DNA of 64,000 nt from Raja brachyura (Eukaryota): NCBI GenBank assembly GCA_963514005.1, contig OY740815.1:4712001-4776000 (forward strand), read 5' to 3'. Under the pieces are notes generated by a model. The model worked only from the letters and a program-made list of their open reading frames with translations. It was not told where the DNA came from and did not search any database. Positions 25,522 through 37,410 of this stretch are shown in pieces; the stretch's first letter is position 1; every line of letters begins with the position of its first letter. A program made the translations under genes and the position numbers.

Positions 25522-26450
25522 GCATGAATGAACAAATACGTTTATTGGCCAAGTATTGACATACAAGGAATTTGCCTTGGTGCTCCGCCCGCAAGTGACA
25601 ACATGACATATAGTGACAGTTAGGAATGACACATAAAACATTAACAATAAAACATTATCGATTAAACATGTGAATTAAATAAAATACCAGAGCAAAAGGA
25701 GACTACAGATTTTTTGGTTATTGAGTAGAGCTACTACTCGTGGATAAAAACTGTTCTTATGTCTGGCTGTGGTAGCTTTGACAGTCCGGAGTCGCCTTCC
25801 AGAGGGAAGTGATTCAAAGAGTTTGTGGCCAGGGTGAGAGGGGTCAGAGATGATCTTGCCCGCTCGCATCCTGGCCCTTGCAGTGTGCAGTTCGTCAATG
25901 GAGGTGACGTTACAGCCAATAACCTTCTCAGCTGATCGGACGATTCGCTGCAGCCTCCAGGTGTCGTGCTAGGTGGCTGAGCCAAACCAGACCATGATGG
26001 AGAAGTTGAGGACAGACTCTACGATGGCCGTGTAAAATTGGACCATCATTGCCTGTGGCAGATTGTGCTTCCTCAGCTGCCGCAGGAAGTTGTGCCTTTT
26101 TCACTGTGGAGTCCATAGTAGCCCCCCACTTAAGGTCCTTGGAGATGATGGCTCCCAGGAACTTAAAAGACTCCACAGATGTGACTGTGGTGTTGTTGAT
26201 GGTAAGTGGGGTGAGGGGAGGGGGAGCTCTCCTAAAATCTACAATCAATTCCACTGTCTTAAAAGCATTGAGCTCCAGGTTGTTGCGATGGCACCAGGAC
26301 GCCAGCTGTGACACTTCCTGTCTGTAGGCAGATTCCTCCCCATCCCGGATCAGTCCAATCAGGGTTATGTAATCCGCAAACTTGAGTAGCTTGACAGAGG
26401 AGTCAGTGGAAGTGCAGTCATTGGTGTAGAGGAGAGGGGAGAGTACGCAG
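25522..26450 (-). mobile_element. Rex1/Babar-like LINE fragment (degenerate RT C-half)
   Basis: LSPLLYTNDC...KLLKFAD...KTVELIVDFRR (ORF 25928..26569) and DPSHPGH...LPSGRR (ORF 25675..25869); frameshifted. Confidence 0.88.
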
Positions 26451-26673
26451 ATGTGGAGAGATTGTCGACTGTGCCAGTATACTCTGGGAAAACTGAGAGC
26501 CCCCTTCCAAATTTCTTCAAACTTGCAACGTTCTTGGTTAGATGCAGGGAATATTTTGTTCCCGACCAAGGACTTTAGAACCAGGGGTCATACTCTGAAT
26601 AGGAGGCAGGCTGTTTAGGACTGAGGAAAAAAATCCCAGAAGACTTCGCCGAGTTTATTTGTGAGGAAACTAA

Positions 26674-27158
26674 AGGGCCTGTCCCACCAGCATGCAACTC
26701 TATGCGATGAGCGCGACCTAACGTGGTCGCTTGAGCCGTCCGGCATCGCGGGGCCGGTCCCACTTCGATCGCCGGAGCCGTGCGGAATTGTGCGGAGTTC
26801 GTCCCGACATTGCGCGGGGCTCCGAAAAACTGACTGTTCAAAAATTCCGCGCGGCAACGGCTTGTCGGCTCGCAGTCGCCTCGACACATTACACGCCGCC
26901 CCGACATCGTGCCTCCGTGAACCTATCTGTAGGTGCCTCCGTGACCCTCTATGTGTGTGGCACCATGGCCCTGTGTGTGTGTGTGCCTCTGTGCCCCTCT
27001 CTGTGTGCCCCTCTGTCCTGGCGAACTTACCTTAGACTTCACTCCAAGTTCGCCTCACTTTGCGCCGCATTGCGCCACTCACCCGACCTCCGCGCGGCCC
27101 CCGCTTCTAGTTTGATCGCGTTCATCGCATAGAGTTGCATGCTTGTAGGACAGGCCCT
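26674..27158. mobile_element. PIF/Harbinger-type non-autonomous element (long subfamily)
   Basis: ~40-bp TIRs AGGGCCTGTCCCACCAGCATGCAACTCTATGCGATGA / TCATCGCATAGAGTTGCATGCTTGTAGGACAGGCCCT; TAA TSD. Sister copy at 50224-50791. Confidence 0.9.
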
Positions 27159-27216
27159 TAAGAGTAGTGCTGGATACCGGAATGAGAAAAGACGTGACAG
27201 AGAACCAGTGTTAATT

Positions 27217-28256
27217 CTTTCTTTGAAGATCTTTTTATTAATTTTTCCACAAAAAAAACATAACATTGATATTGATACATAGGGATCAGGATTACATTAA
27301 CAACAAATATAACCTAAATATATATCCAGTGTCAAAATACATATTGGGTATAGACCTCCCAGTCCCTGTGTAAATGTAGATAAAGGGTTAAAAGAGAACT
27401 TGTGTATATATATATTTTTTTTAAAGATAAAAAGAGAAAAATAAAACCCCCTAAACTAATATAAGCACAAGACGAAACAAAATCTGGGCTGCAAAAAATC
27501 TCAACGGTTTAGACCCCAGTTTGTCGTCAAATCCATTCCACCGTATAAAGGTAAAACATTATTACAACGGTTGGAGAGGGGACAATTTATATTGTGTGAA
27601 AATATTGAATAAAGCTTCCCCAAGTCCTATCAAATTTAACCGAGGGTTCAACAATGTCACTCCTAATTTTTTCTAAATTTAAACATGATATCGTTTCAGA
27701 ATACCAATGGAGTGTGGTAGGAGGATTAGAGTCTTTCCATTTAAATAAGGACAAAGGCCATTTGTTGTCACATACACCAAATGGTGTAGTGAAATTTGAT
27801 TTGCCATGTAGCACACAAATAAAGATAAGGCACAACATCATAGGATTTAACAGCAGACATAAAAACATCCCCCCCACAAACTGTGGGGGAAGGCAGCAAA
27901 GTCCAGTCCCATCCCCAGTTCATTGATAGTCGGGCCTATTGAGGCCTCCGCAGTCGCTGCTACGGGGCCCGATGTTCCAGGCCGTTCTCGCCGGGTGATG
28001 GTTCTCCGGCTTCGGGAGCACCCTCTCAGCGGCTCGGGACACCTGGAACGGCTGATGGGCCTCTTACTGGAGTCCGCAGCTTCCAAAGCCAACAGGGCTT
28101 CTGGCAATGAATGCAGTAAAAATAATCAACCTTGGGCTGATGGGCTGAAGGAGACAGATGAATAGAATCTGACATTGGTAGCCCAAAAATTGCAGTAATG
28201 GGATGAGGTTGCAAATCAATACCGAAAACTACAGAAATAGTATCAAAAACCTATTT
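27217..28256 (-). mobile_element. 5'-truncated L1/Tx1-clade LINE with a nested insertion (~27749-28110)
   Basis: ORF2 C-terminal WKDSNPPT..W...LEKI...FDRTWGSF and LQPHPITAIFG. 19-bp TSD CAGAGA(A/G)CCAGTGTTAATT at 27198-27216 and 28257-28275. Confidence 0.85.
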
Positions 28257-28344
28257 CAGAGAGCCAGTGTTAATTAGTCTCGTTACGTTGATGGTCTCTC
28301 TTCAGAACATGCTGCTAACAGTCACCAATAATAAACAATAATTG

Positions 28345-28912
28345 TCCGCAATAACCAACCCGACCTCCCGGTGGCTCAGCACTTCAACTTCCCCCTCCCG
28401 TTCCGTATCCGACCTCTCGGTCCTGGGCATCCTCCACGGCCAGAGTGAGCAACACCGCAAGTTGGAGGAACAGCACCTCATATTCCACTTGGGGAGTCTG
28501 CATCTGGGCTTAAACATTGAATTTTCTCAATTCTGTTAACCCAGGCTGCCACCTCCCCCTCCCCACCTCTCCCTCAGCCCTCGGGCCCTGGCATTCCTTC
28601 TCTATCTCCCCCCCCCCCCCCCCCCCCACCCAAGTCGCACTAGCTTCTCATTTTCACACTACAAACAGCTTACAATGGCCTGTTTCCTTTATCATCGATA
28701 CTTTTTTGCATATCTTTCATTCATTGTTCTTTATCTCTCCACATCACCGTCTATATCTCTCGTTTCCCTGATCCCTGACCAGTCTGAAGAAGGGTCTCGA
28801 CCCGAAACGTCGCCTATCTCCTTCGCTCCTTAGATGCTGCTGCACCCGCTGAGTTTCTCCAGCGTTTTGTGTAACCCTCGATTCTCCAGCATCTGCAGTT
28901 CCTTCTTTAAAA
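28345..28912 (+). mobile_element. Penelope-like element 3' fragment (GIY-YIG C-terminus and pLTR with hammerhead core)
   Basis: PDLPVAQHFN...DLSVLGILHGQSEQHRKLEEQHLIFHLGSL..GLNIEFS, followed by CTGAAGAAGGGTCTCGACCCGAAACGTC. Confidence 0.85.
28784..28811 (+). ncRNA. Minimal type I hammerhead ribozyme core (Penelope-type)
   Basis: CUGAAGA-A-GGGUC-UC-GACCC-GAAA-CGUC: CUGANGA box, 5-bp stem II, GAAA, palindromic ACGU stem III, GUC triplet. Stem I is weak. Confidence 0.6.
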
Positions 28913-29566
28913 CAATAACTGTTTCTCTTCCCACGGTTGCTGTCATACCTGCTGAGTGATTGCAGCATTTGCCATTCTTATTTCTGATGGTCATACAGCG
29001 TGGAAACGGGACCTTCGGCCTAACTTGCCAACACCGACCAACATGTGCCGGCTACACTAGCTGACTTTGTTGGTCCCGTATACCTCCAAACCTGCCCTAT
29101 CCATGTACTGTTTCTGAAACATAGTGATAGTCCCAGCCTCAACTACAGTCTCCGGCAGCTCGTCCCATACACCCACCACCCCTTTGTGTGAAAAAGTCAC
29201 CGCTCAGATTCCTGTTAAATCCTTTCCCGTTCACCTTAAAGTCCTCGATTTCCCTACTCTGGGCAAGAAGCTGTGCATCTACCCAATCTATTCCTCACAT
29301 GATTTTATACACATCTGAGATCACCCCGCATCCTCCTGTTTCCAAGGGATAGAGTCCCAGCCAACTCAACCTCCCCCTATAGCTCAGTACCTTGAGTCCT
29401 CGTAAATCTTCCCTGTACCCTTTCCAGTTCATATTAGAATTGGTTTTAAAATACATTAAAGAATGCAGACATATTGGCCTGGACAACCTGCAGTAGCTCC
29501 AGTGAATAGTAATGACTTTTACTACATGATTGAATTGATGTCATTTTTTTGACCTGCTTTCCCTAG

Positions 29567-29867
29567 AGAGTGGTAATTCACCGGAAGAAGCGTGGGAGGA
29601 AGCGCAAACAGCACAACAGCAGCGTTGTCACGGAGACCATCTCGGAGACGACCGAGGTGCTGGACGAACCATTTGACGATTCCGACACGGAGCGGCCGAT
29701 GCCACACCTGGAGCCAACGTTCGAGCTGGAAGAAGACGAGAGGAACGAGAAGGAGCATCGGGGTGGCCGCATCTTCCGGAGCTTGGATCCGGGCGGCGGC
29801 ATCCGGAAGCGCGCTTCGTGCAAGAGGAAGGTGGCAGAGGATGAGGCCAGTGCCAATGAAGTTCAAG
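29567..29867 (+). CDS. KAT6A: KAT6A coding exon ([53 protein letters not shown]...)
   Basis: [20 protein letters not shown] motif; TAG acceptor, G|GTATTT donor (phase 1). Confidence 0.95.
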
Positions 29868-30054
29868 GTATTTGACTGCCGCATTGCCCTTTCTGTGGCG
29901 GAAGTTGAAATCTCTCTTCAATTATTGTGGAAAGAGAGCAAAAATGTGAAAATGGTGAAATGAGGAAGATTGATGTCTACCTATAGTCAATCTACCTAAG
30001 GACCTACCATAGGTAGATTAGAAAAGATGACTGCAGGGCAAACCACCATTTGGT

Positions 30055-30323
30055 AATGGAAGGCATTCTTGGGTCATTACATAGAAACATAGAAAATAGG
30101 TGCAGAAGGAGGCCATTCAGCCCTTCGAGTCCACAACGGCAACATGGGAATGGAAGGCATTCTTGGGTCATTCCATAGAAACCAAGAAAATAGGTGCAGG
30201 AGGAGGCCATTCAGCCCTTCGAGCCAACTTGGGAATGCCTTCCATTCCCATGTTGCCGGTGTTGACTCAAAGGGCTGAATGGCCTCCTCCTGCACCTATT
30301 TTCTTTGTTTCTATGGAATGACC
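30055..30323. repeat. Direct plus inverted triplication of a CR1-tail/flank junction
   Basis: Two tandem ~90-bp units (30055-30223) followed by an inverted copy (30233-30323). Confidence 0.85.
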
Positions 30324-31693
30324 AAAGTTGGGATTGATTGGGCATATTACTTTGAAAGCACAAGCTAGCTCCATTATTGACCCTACATATAAGAGACAAT
30401 ATGATAATGTTAGGAGCAAGATTGAATTAATAGTATGGATTACTTTGTTCAAAGCTGAGATGGATTTTTGGACTAGAGAGGAATCAAGGAATTATATAGA
30501 TGGGCAGGACAGGAAAGTGGAAATAAAGATCCGGTGAGCCTTTTTTGAATTGTATTGAATGGCGGAGAAGCGGACAAGTCCTGGGATGTTGCAATTTAAT
30601 CGAGTGATTATGGGCCTAGAGGAGAGGGGAAGAAACACAGCTACCAGACGTATGAAAAGCTCATGTTTTGCAAGTGTCCGCCAAGGACAGGCATCTGGCA
30701 TCCTTGCTGGCGTTTGAGTCCAGCCCATCGTATCGGTTGCTCGGTGTCCTCTAAGGCACAATTTGCCTTCCAATTTTCCCTTCGTCTCGGTTCACAGCAA
30801 ATTATAAATAATACATGCTGGTGCGATAAAACGTATGAGTTTGTGACTGTGGCTATCCAGATTAATGCATTAAACCAACTTGAGCCTTCCCTAGTTGTCG
30901 TGGGCCTAACTCAGCGAAATACCAGTGAAGGGAGGTGCCTACGTGGTAATCCCAACGATATACTGCCATCTTCATGTCCAGTTTTTGTCATCCCATAGTT
31001 TAACTGTGTAAAGGCATTTTCGACTCCCATGTGGCATTGAGATTGGGTTTCTTGCTTGAACGTTTAGCTTATGTGTTTGTTAAGATGTAGCCAGCTTATT
31101 ACTGAATACAAAGTTAGTTATTGCCCTAAAGCACAAGTGTGTATAGGTAGTTTATCTACTGGCATTGAGCTTAGTTTTCATGATTGAGCGCTTAATCAAG
31201 TATTCAATGTGTTCAAGAGAGAGTTTGATATAGTTCTTGGGGCTAACGGACTCGGGGGATATGGGGAGAAGGCAGGAACGGGGTACTGATTTTGGATGAT
31301 CAGCCATGAACACATTGAATGGCAGTGCTAGTTCAAAGGGCTGAATGGCCTATTTTCTATGTTTCTATGTTTATCCTGGTGTTATAACAAATACTTAATA
31401 GTAAGTAAAGCAATTCATGGAGCAGTATTTTAATGTTGCTCCAAAGGTAGAATCTTGGAACATCAGTGACTTGAAGCATTAGCTCTGCTTCTCTATCCAC
31501 GCGTGCTGTCTGATCTTCTGAGCACTTGCAATATGTTCTTGTTTGTCACCCGAGGAAATCTGTGCCCACAGCTGCTCTATTGAAGGACATTGAAGTGCCA
31601 TTAAGTCCCCATTAGGGATTTTCTCTGTTTAGAATATTCACCATTTTGCTTGCCTAAATCTGAACTCTGACTCGTGTTTCCTTCATTTTTCAG

Positions 31694-34317
31694 GAGAAAA
31701 TGCGCCTGAACCCTTTGCCCCTGTGAGGAAAGATAAAGTCAAGGAGTCTCCTGTACCCAAATCCCCGCCCTTGGTGTTGAAGCGCAAGAGAGGGTGGCCG
31801 AAAGGCGTGAAGCGGGGGACCATCAAATGGAAGAAAAAGCCCGGGCGTAAGCCAGGCTTTAAGCTCGCCCGATCGATGGCGGCAGTGGAGAACGGAAGTC
31901 CACCGCCGGCCAATGCTGTCCCAAAGCAAGGTCGTCCCAACCGCAGCGAGGAGAGGAGGAATTCCGTCGTGGAGTCGAAGGTGGCGGACCTGCCCGTCGC
32001 ATACAAGAAAGAGGACGAGGAGGAAGAGGAGGATGAGGAGGAGCTGGAGGAAGAGGTGCCGTGCGACGTGCAGAGGATCCCGCCCGAATCTCTCAGCCCC
32101 CCTCCGAAGGTTGAGGAGCAGGAGGCGGACGTTGAGACTGAGGAGAAGTCTGAATCCGTGGAGCAAGAGGGGCATACTGACGAGGAGCACGAGCAGGAAG
32201 AGGAGGAGGAGGAAGAACTCAACCAGAATGAAGACCACGATGCCGACGATGAAGACGAAGGGCACCTGGACCCCGATGACAAAAAGGTAGAGGAGACCGT
32301 AAAGGAGAACGCCAAGGAGGAATCTCCCATCCAAGAGCGTTTTTTAGAGACGAGCGCCCTAGATAAAAATATTGAATGTGAAAATGTGATGGATGCGGAT
32401 TCCGAAGAAGATCAGGCAAACGACACCTCGCTGGACTCTGAGCTTGTGCCGCCGTCAGACGAAGACCGCGTCGACGATCAAGACAGCAAGGAGACGTTGA
32501 TCCCGGAGTTCAAAGACGAGGAGGAAGAGGAGGAGGAGGAGGAGGATGAGGAAGAGGAGGAGGATATCTCGCACAGCGAGCTTGATCTCGAAACCGTGCA
32601 GGCTGTTCAGTCGTTGACCCAGGAGACGAACAGTGAGCAGGACGGGACTTACCAGGACTGCGCGGAGACCCTGGAGGCCTGCCAGAACTTGCAGAGCTAC
32701 AACCAGGCTGAAGAGAGCCCGCAGATAGCCATGGTGGAGGATTGCCAGCAGTCGGGCCACAACAGCCCCATCTCGTCCGTTCAGTCGCACCCCAGCCAGT
32801 CGGTCCGCTCGGTCAGCAGCCCCAGTATGCCGACCCTGGAGAGCAACTACACGCAGATCAGTCCCGAGCAGGGTTCCCTGTCCGCTCCCTCCATGCAGAA
32901 CATGGAGACCAGCCCCATGATGGACGTCCCGTCTGTGTCCGACCACTCGCAGCAGGTGGTCGACAGTGGCTTCAGCGACCTGGGCAGCATCGAGAGCACG
33001 ACGGAAAACTACGAGAACCCCAGCAGCTACGATTCCACCATGGGCGGCAGCATCTGCGGCAACAACACCTCGCAGACCAGCTGCTCGTACAGCGGCCTGT
33101 CCTCCTCCAGCAGCCTGACGCAGAACAGTTGCGTGGTGACCCAGCAGATGACCAGCATGAACAGCAGCTGCAGCATGATGCAGCAGGGCGGCGTCACTGC
33201 CCCGGCCAACTGCAACATGAAGTCGCCGCAGAGCTGCGCCATCGAGAGGCCCCCGAGCAACAACCAGCAGCAGCAGCAGCAGCAGCCACCCCCACAGCAG
33301 CAGCAGCAGCAGCAACAACAGCAGCAGCAGCCCCAGCCGCAGCCACCACCGCAACAGCCCCAGCAGCAGCAGCAGCCACCACAGCAGCAGCAGCAGCAGC
33401 AGCCTCTGTCCCAGTGCAGCATGAGCAACAGCTTCACCACGGCCCCCATGACCCTGATGGAGATCCCCGAGTCGGCCAACGCTGCCGCCATGAGCCTGTA
33501 CGACAGGATGGGCCAGGGGGACTTTGGAGCCGGAGGCTACCCCCAGCCTTCGGCCAACTTCAGCCTGGCCAGGCTTCAGCAGCTGACCAACACCATCATG
33601 GACCATCATGCCATGCCTTACAGCCACTCGGCCGCAGTCACCTCCTATGCAACCAGCGTGTCTCTGTCTAACTCGGGCCTGGCGCAGCTGGCCCCCTCGC
33701 CCCAAGTGCAGGCCACCATGACCCCGCCGCCCAACCTGGCATCGCCCTCCATGAACCTGAGCTCGCCCCTGCTGCAGTGCAACATGCCCACCTCCAATCT
33801 GGGCATCCCCCACACCCAGCGGCTGCAGGGCCAGATGCCGGCCAAGGGCCACATCTCCAACCGCTCCAAGTCGGCCCCGCTGCCGGCCGCCGCAGCCGCA
33901 GCCGCCGCCGCCGCCGCCACACACCAGCAGCAGCAGATCTACGGCCGCAACGCCCCGGCCCTGGCCCAGCGCGCCATCACGGTCCAGCGGGGCATGAACA
34001 TGGGCGTCAACCTGATGCCCGCCCCCGCCTACAACGTCAACTCCATGAACATGAACCCGCTGAACCCCATGGGCAGCTACCGCATGAGCCAGCCGATGAT
34101 GAACAGCGGCTACCATGGCAACGCGGCCTACATGAACCAAACCGCCCAGTATCCCATGCAGATGCAGATGGGCATGATGGGCAGCCAGCCCTACGGCCAG
34201 CAACACATGCAATCCAACACCCACGGCAACGTGATGTACACTGGCCCTTCTCATCACAGTTACATGAACACTGGCATGTCCAAGCAATCACTAAACAGCC
34301 CGTACATGAGAAGATGA
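31694..34317 (+). CDS. KAT6A: KAT6A terminal coding exon (acidic, Ser-rich, Pro/Gln and Met-rich domains, ending ...[12 protein letters not shown])
   Basis: 864-aa ORF with [68 protein letters not shown] acceptor at 31691-31693 is in phase with the previous exon. Confidence 0.97.
33265..33402 (+). repeat. Coding (CAG)n-rich polyQ/P tract in KAT6A
   Basis: 46 codons of Q/P, mostly CAG. Confidence 0.95.
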
Positions 34318-36955
34318 GGGAAGCTTCTTGGAGGCGCCATTTTAAAAAAAAGAAAAGATAAAGCCACTGTTTATACTCTTCGACAACAGAAATAACGGAA
34401 ATTTCAAATAGAACGGTTGCTGTAGACATAGGAATTTCATGAACTGCTTAAGGCCTTGTTCGCAGCGCCTTGGCCTTAATTTCCCAGCCCCGAGAGAGAG
34501 AGAAAAAACAAGAAAAAAGAAATTCTGCAACAGAATTCAATAAGAAAAAAAAATGGTTTAAGGAACCATGCACAAGAAATCTTTTAATTAAAAGAAGCCT
34601 TACTTAATGAATTGTAGAAATGAAAAACTATCTGCTTTTTATATTTTTAATTTTTTTAATCTTTCAGTTTGTGTGTGCAGTCCACATTTTTTATAGAGTC
34701 CATAGATATGTGAGCCTCCAAGGGAGGACTGTCCAGGTCTCAGTTTATTGACTTGGCACAGGGCAGGAGGCACTTATCCCATACTCTGCCTTGGTGATAT
34801 TGTTGCAGGTGTGGCTGTAATTTATTGATCTCTCTGTATCCCGTCCCCAACCCTCCCCCCACCCCCCCCCCACCCACCCACCCCCCCCCCCCCCCCCCCC
34901 CCATGCCAGTAGGTGAAACCAGATCGCTTGTGCGCTTGTGGACTTCCAACCTTAATGCTGAGGCTACCCTTTTCCCCCCCGGTTGGTATTGAGTTTGACT
35001 CGAGCGCAGCATGCAACAGGCCCAAGAGCATTTTCACGTATGTTATAACTATGTTTTTAACATTGCTTCTTGTGTCACTGCAAGCCATTTCACTCGTACG
35101 CCTTTATTTTTTTATGAGAATTGACAGTATTTGTTCTGGCACTTTCGAAGGACAGCCCAGGGTCCTGAAACATTTGAGGCTTAAAAAACATTTCATTTCC
35201 AATTTTATTTTTCTGAAGTAAAATTCTCAAATCATGAGAAACCTATTCAGATTTGTCAGACTTATGTATTTTTGGTTCCAGTTCAGAGTATTTATCAGAT
35301 GCAAAAGACTGCTATGTTTGCAACAAAGTTAGTTTTTTTTTCCCCCCCACCCGCCCCTCACCTGCCCTACCCTTTCCGTAATCACACGGGGTTTAATTGC
35401 TTCCAAAGCCAGTCTCGATTAGCTCACAAGGTGGTAAGATTAGCTCAGGAGTCGCATAATTAAGGAGAGGAGTATCTTGACTCCTGTTTGCCACCATCTG
35501 ACACTGTCAATGGTCTTTAGTTATCAGAGTTCAGCAATCCACTGGTATCTTCTAGGTGGAGAAAAGGAGATGGGTTGTAGGAGAGGAATTGGTGGTGTAT
35601 GTACATCGACAGGACGGTGTGATGGGGGGGTACGTTAAGAAGATGCTCGTCGGCATCCCAAACCCCAGAGCTGTGGGTACCAAAAGGAAAAATAATCATC
35701 TTGAATGTGAGACGAGGAAAAGGCCAGTGGTGATAAATGGTACTGAAGTGTCAAAGAGAGATTTGCAGGCAGGATGTCGTCAGATCAGGCTCCCTGTTCT
35801 GAAGCCCACCACCATGCAACCCATGCAAGGTCAAGTGATAGGGGGGCGGGGGGGTTAGGAAATGTTGCTGGATTGTAGCTGGCAGCCAACCCCAGCCCAG
35901 AGATGTGTACCATCGGTGCACCTTGCAGGTCCACACCACGCAGCCCGTTCACCAGTCGCATCCTCCTCTTTTCCCCACCGTCCGATCAATCCCTGGCTTT
36001 TTCAAGAAAAAAAATAGATGTGATGTGAAATCTTCCCACAGCGGCGGGCGAGGGTTTAGAAAACATGCACGTTTGGCACACGCCCACCTGATGGTTTATT
36101 TTTTATTCGTAGCGAGTCCCATTATTGGAGTTGCATCCATCAAAAAAAAAAACCAACAAAAAAAAACCACTGCGCACTTCTGGGCTGGCCTTCAAGTGTG
36201 ATTGATGGAATACTGTTGATTTGGGGTGGGGTGGGAGGGAGAAGGGAAGATGTTTTTATAAAAGGAAAGGAAAAAAAAACAGACCAGTTTTAGCCCAGAG
36301 CACCAGATATATTACAGATTGACAAAGAAGATTTTTCTTTTCTCCTTCTCACTGTTTCTGGTGTTCTTGGTTTGTTGGATCAGGCAGCTTCCTTTTTTGA
36401 AAGCTAAACTGGCTCATTTTGACTTTAGGATTATTATAGAAAATGTTTTTCTATATTAAAAAATGAATTTATCCTACATAATATTGGTACTTGTCATTTT
36501 TCAATTCTGTTAAGAGGTATTTTTAGCAGCTAAACTTGGGTAATCTTAACTGAATCTGTTAGTGATTCTCGGATGCCTTTTAAAGAACTCACATTTCATT
36601 CCATCTCTAGAATTTTTCTATCTTTGTTGTAGAATATTGAAGCTATTTTAAGAAAAATAAATTCTCCAGACTTATAGTGTGTGTGAATAGACCTCCTCCA
36701 GACTCCAAGCCGCATGTAAAAAGCTGAATATTCATGTCTGTTTATATTGCTTTCTTTTTTGTAGCCTTTGTACTTGTACATGGTGACTGTAAGCTACGAG
36801 GAGGGATTAACATGGCCTGTGCCCACAGTTGACAGCGCCGGCCACACTCCCTCTTCATCTCCCTTGTATGTAATATCATTTTTCTTTCTAGCAAGTACTT
36901 TCAAAGACCTCTGTACATTTTAACATAAATAAATTATGTTGAGCCATTTTGGATG
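34318..36955 (+). other. KAT6A: KAT6A 3' UTR (predicted)
   Basis: Stretch without recognisable TEs after the stop, ending at a TGTA-preceded AATAAA with a downstream GT/T-rich tract; the first SINE appears at ~37115. Confidence 0.65.
36928..36933 (+). terminator. Polyadenylation signal AATAAA
   Basis: CTGTACATTTTAACATAAATAAATTATGTT...GATGTCTGTCTTTT context (upstream UGUA, downstream GU/U-rich). Confidence 0.65.
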
Positions 36956-37114
36956 TCTGTCTTTTGAGCTGACCAACAGTATTTCGATCAAAAAGGGCGC
37001 GATTGGGGAGCGAGCGTTCTTGCAGCAGAAGCACACAGTAGCAGTGGTTATCGTGGAGTGAAAGTGTGCATTCTACTTTTATCCTGTCCGTTCAAAACAT
37101 TAAGCGCAACGCCA

Positions 37115-37410
37115 TCGGTGGCGCGGTGGTAATTTGCTGCCGTACACCCGGGTTCGATCCCGACTACGCTGTCCGTAAGGAGTTTGCACGTTTTCCCCGT
37201 GACCGGGTGGGTGTTCGCCGAGATCTTCAGTTTCCTCCCACACTCCAACGACGTGCCGGTTTGTAGGTTAATTGGCTTGGTAGAAATGTCACTCGTGTGA
37301 ATTGTCCCGAGTGCGTAGGATAGTGATAATGTGGAAGGATCGCTGGTCGGTGCAGAAGTTGGGCCGAAGTGCCTGGTTCTGCGCCGTATCTCAAAACTAA
37401 ACTAAAACAT
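37115..37410 (+). mobile_element. tRNA-derived V-SINE (HE1-like)
   Basis: GGTGGCGCGGTGG A-box, GGTTCGATCCC B-box, V-domain, (CTAAA)n tail. Confidence 0.85.

Noticed and set aside
26575-27266. Cluster of 75-133-aa ORFs here and at 50281-50773
   Set aside because: Produced by GC-rich MITE sequence; no transposase DDE or Myb motifs visible.
30055-30323. Repeat-spacer-like appearance suggesting a CRISPR array
   Set aside because: Eukaryotic intron; the units are CR1 tail plus flank; no unique spacers or cas genes.
32455-34287. 610-aa antisense ORF and other overlapping ORFs (e.g. 32742..33671, 31683..32330)
   Set aside because: Shadow frames of the GC3-rich, low-complexity KAT6A terminal exon; no recognisable domains.
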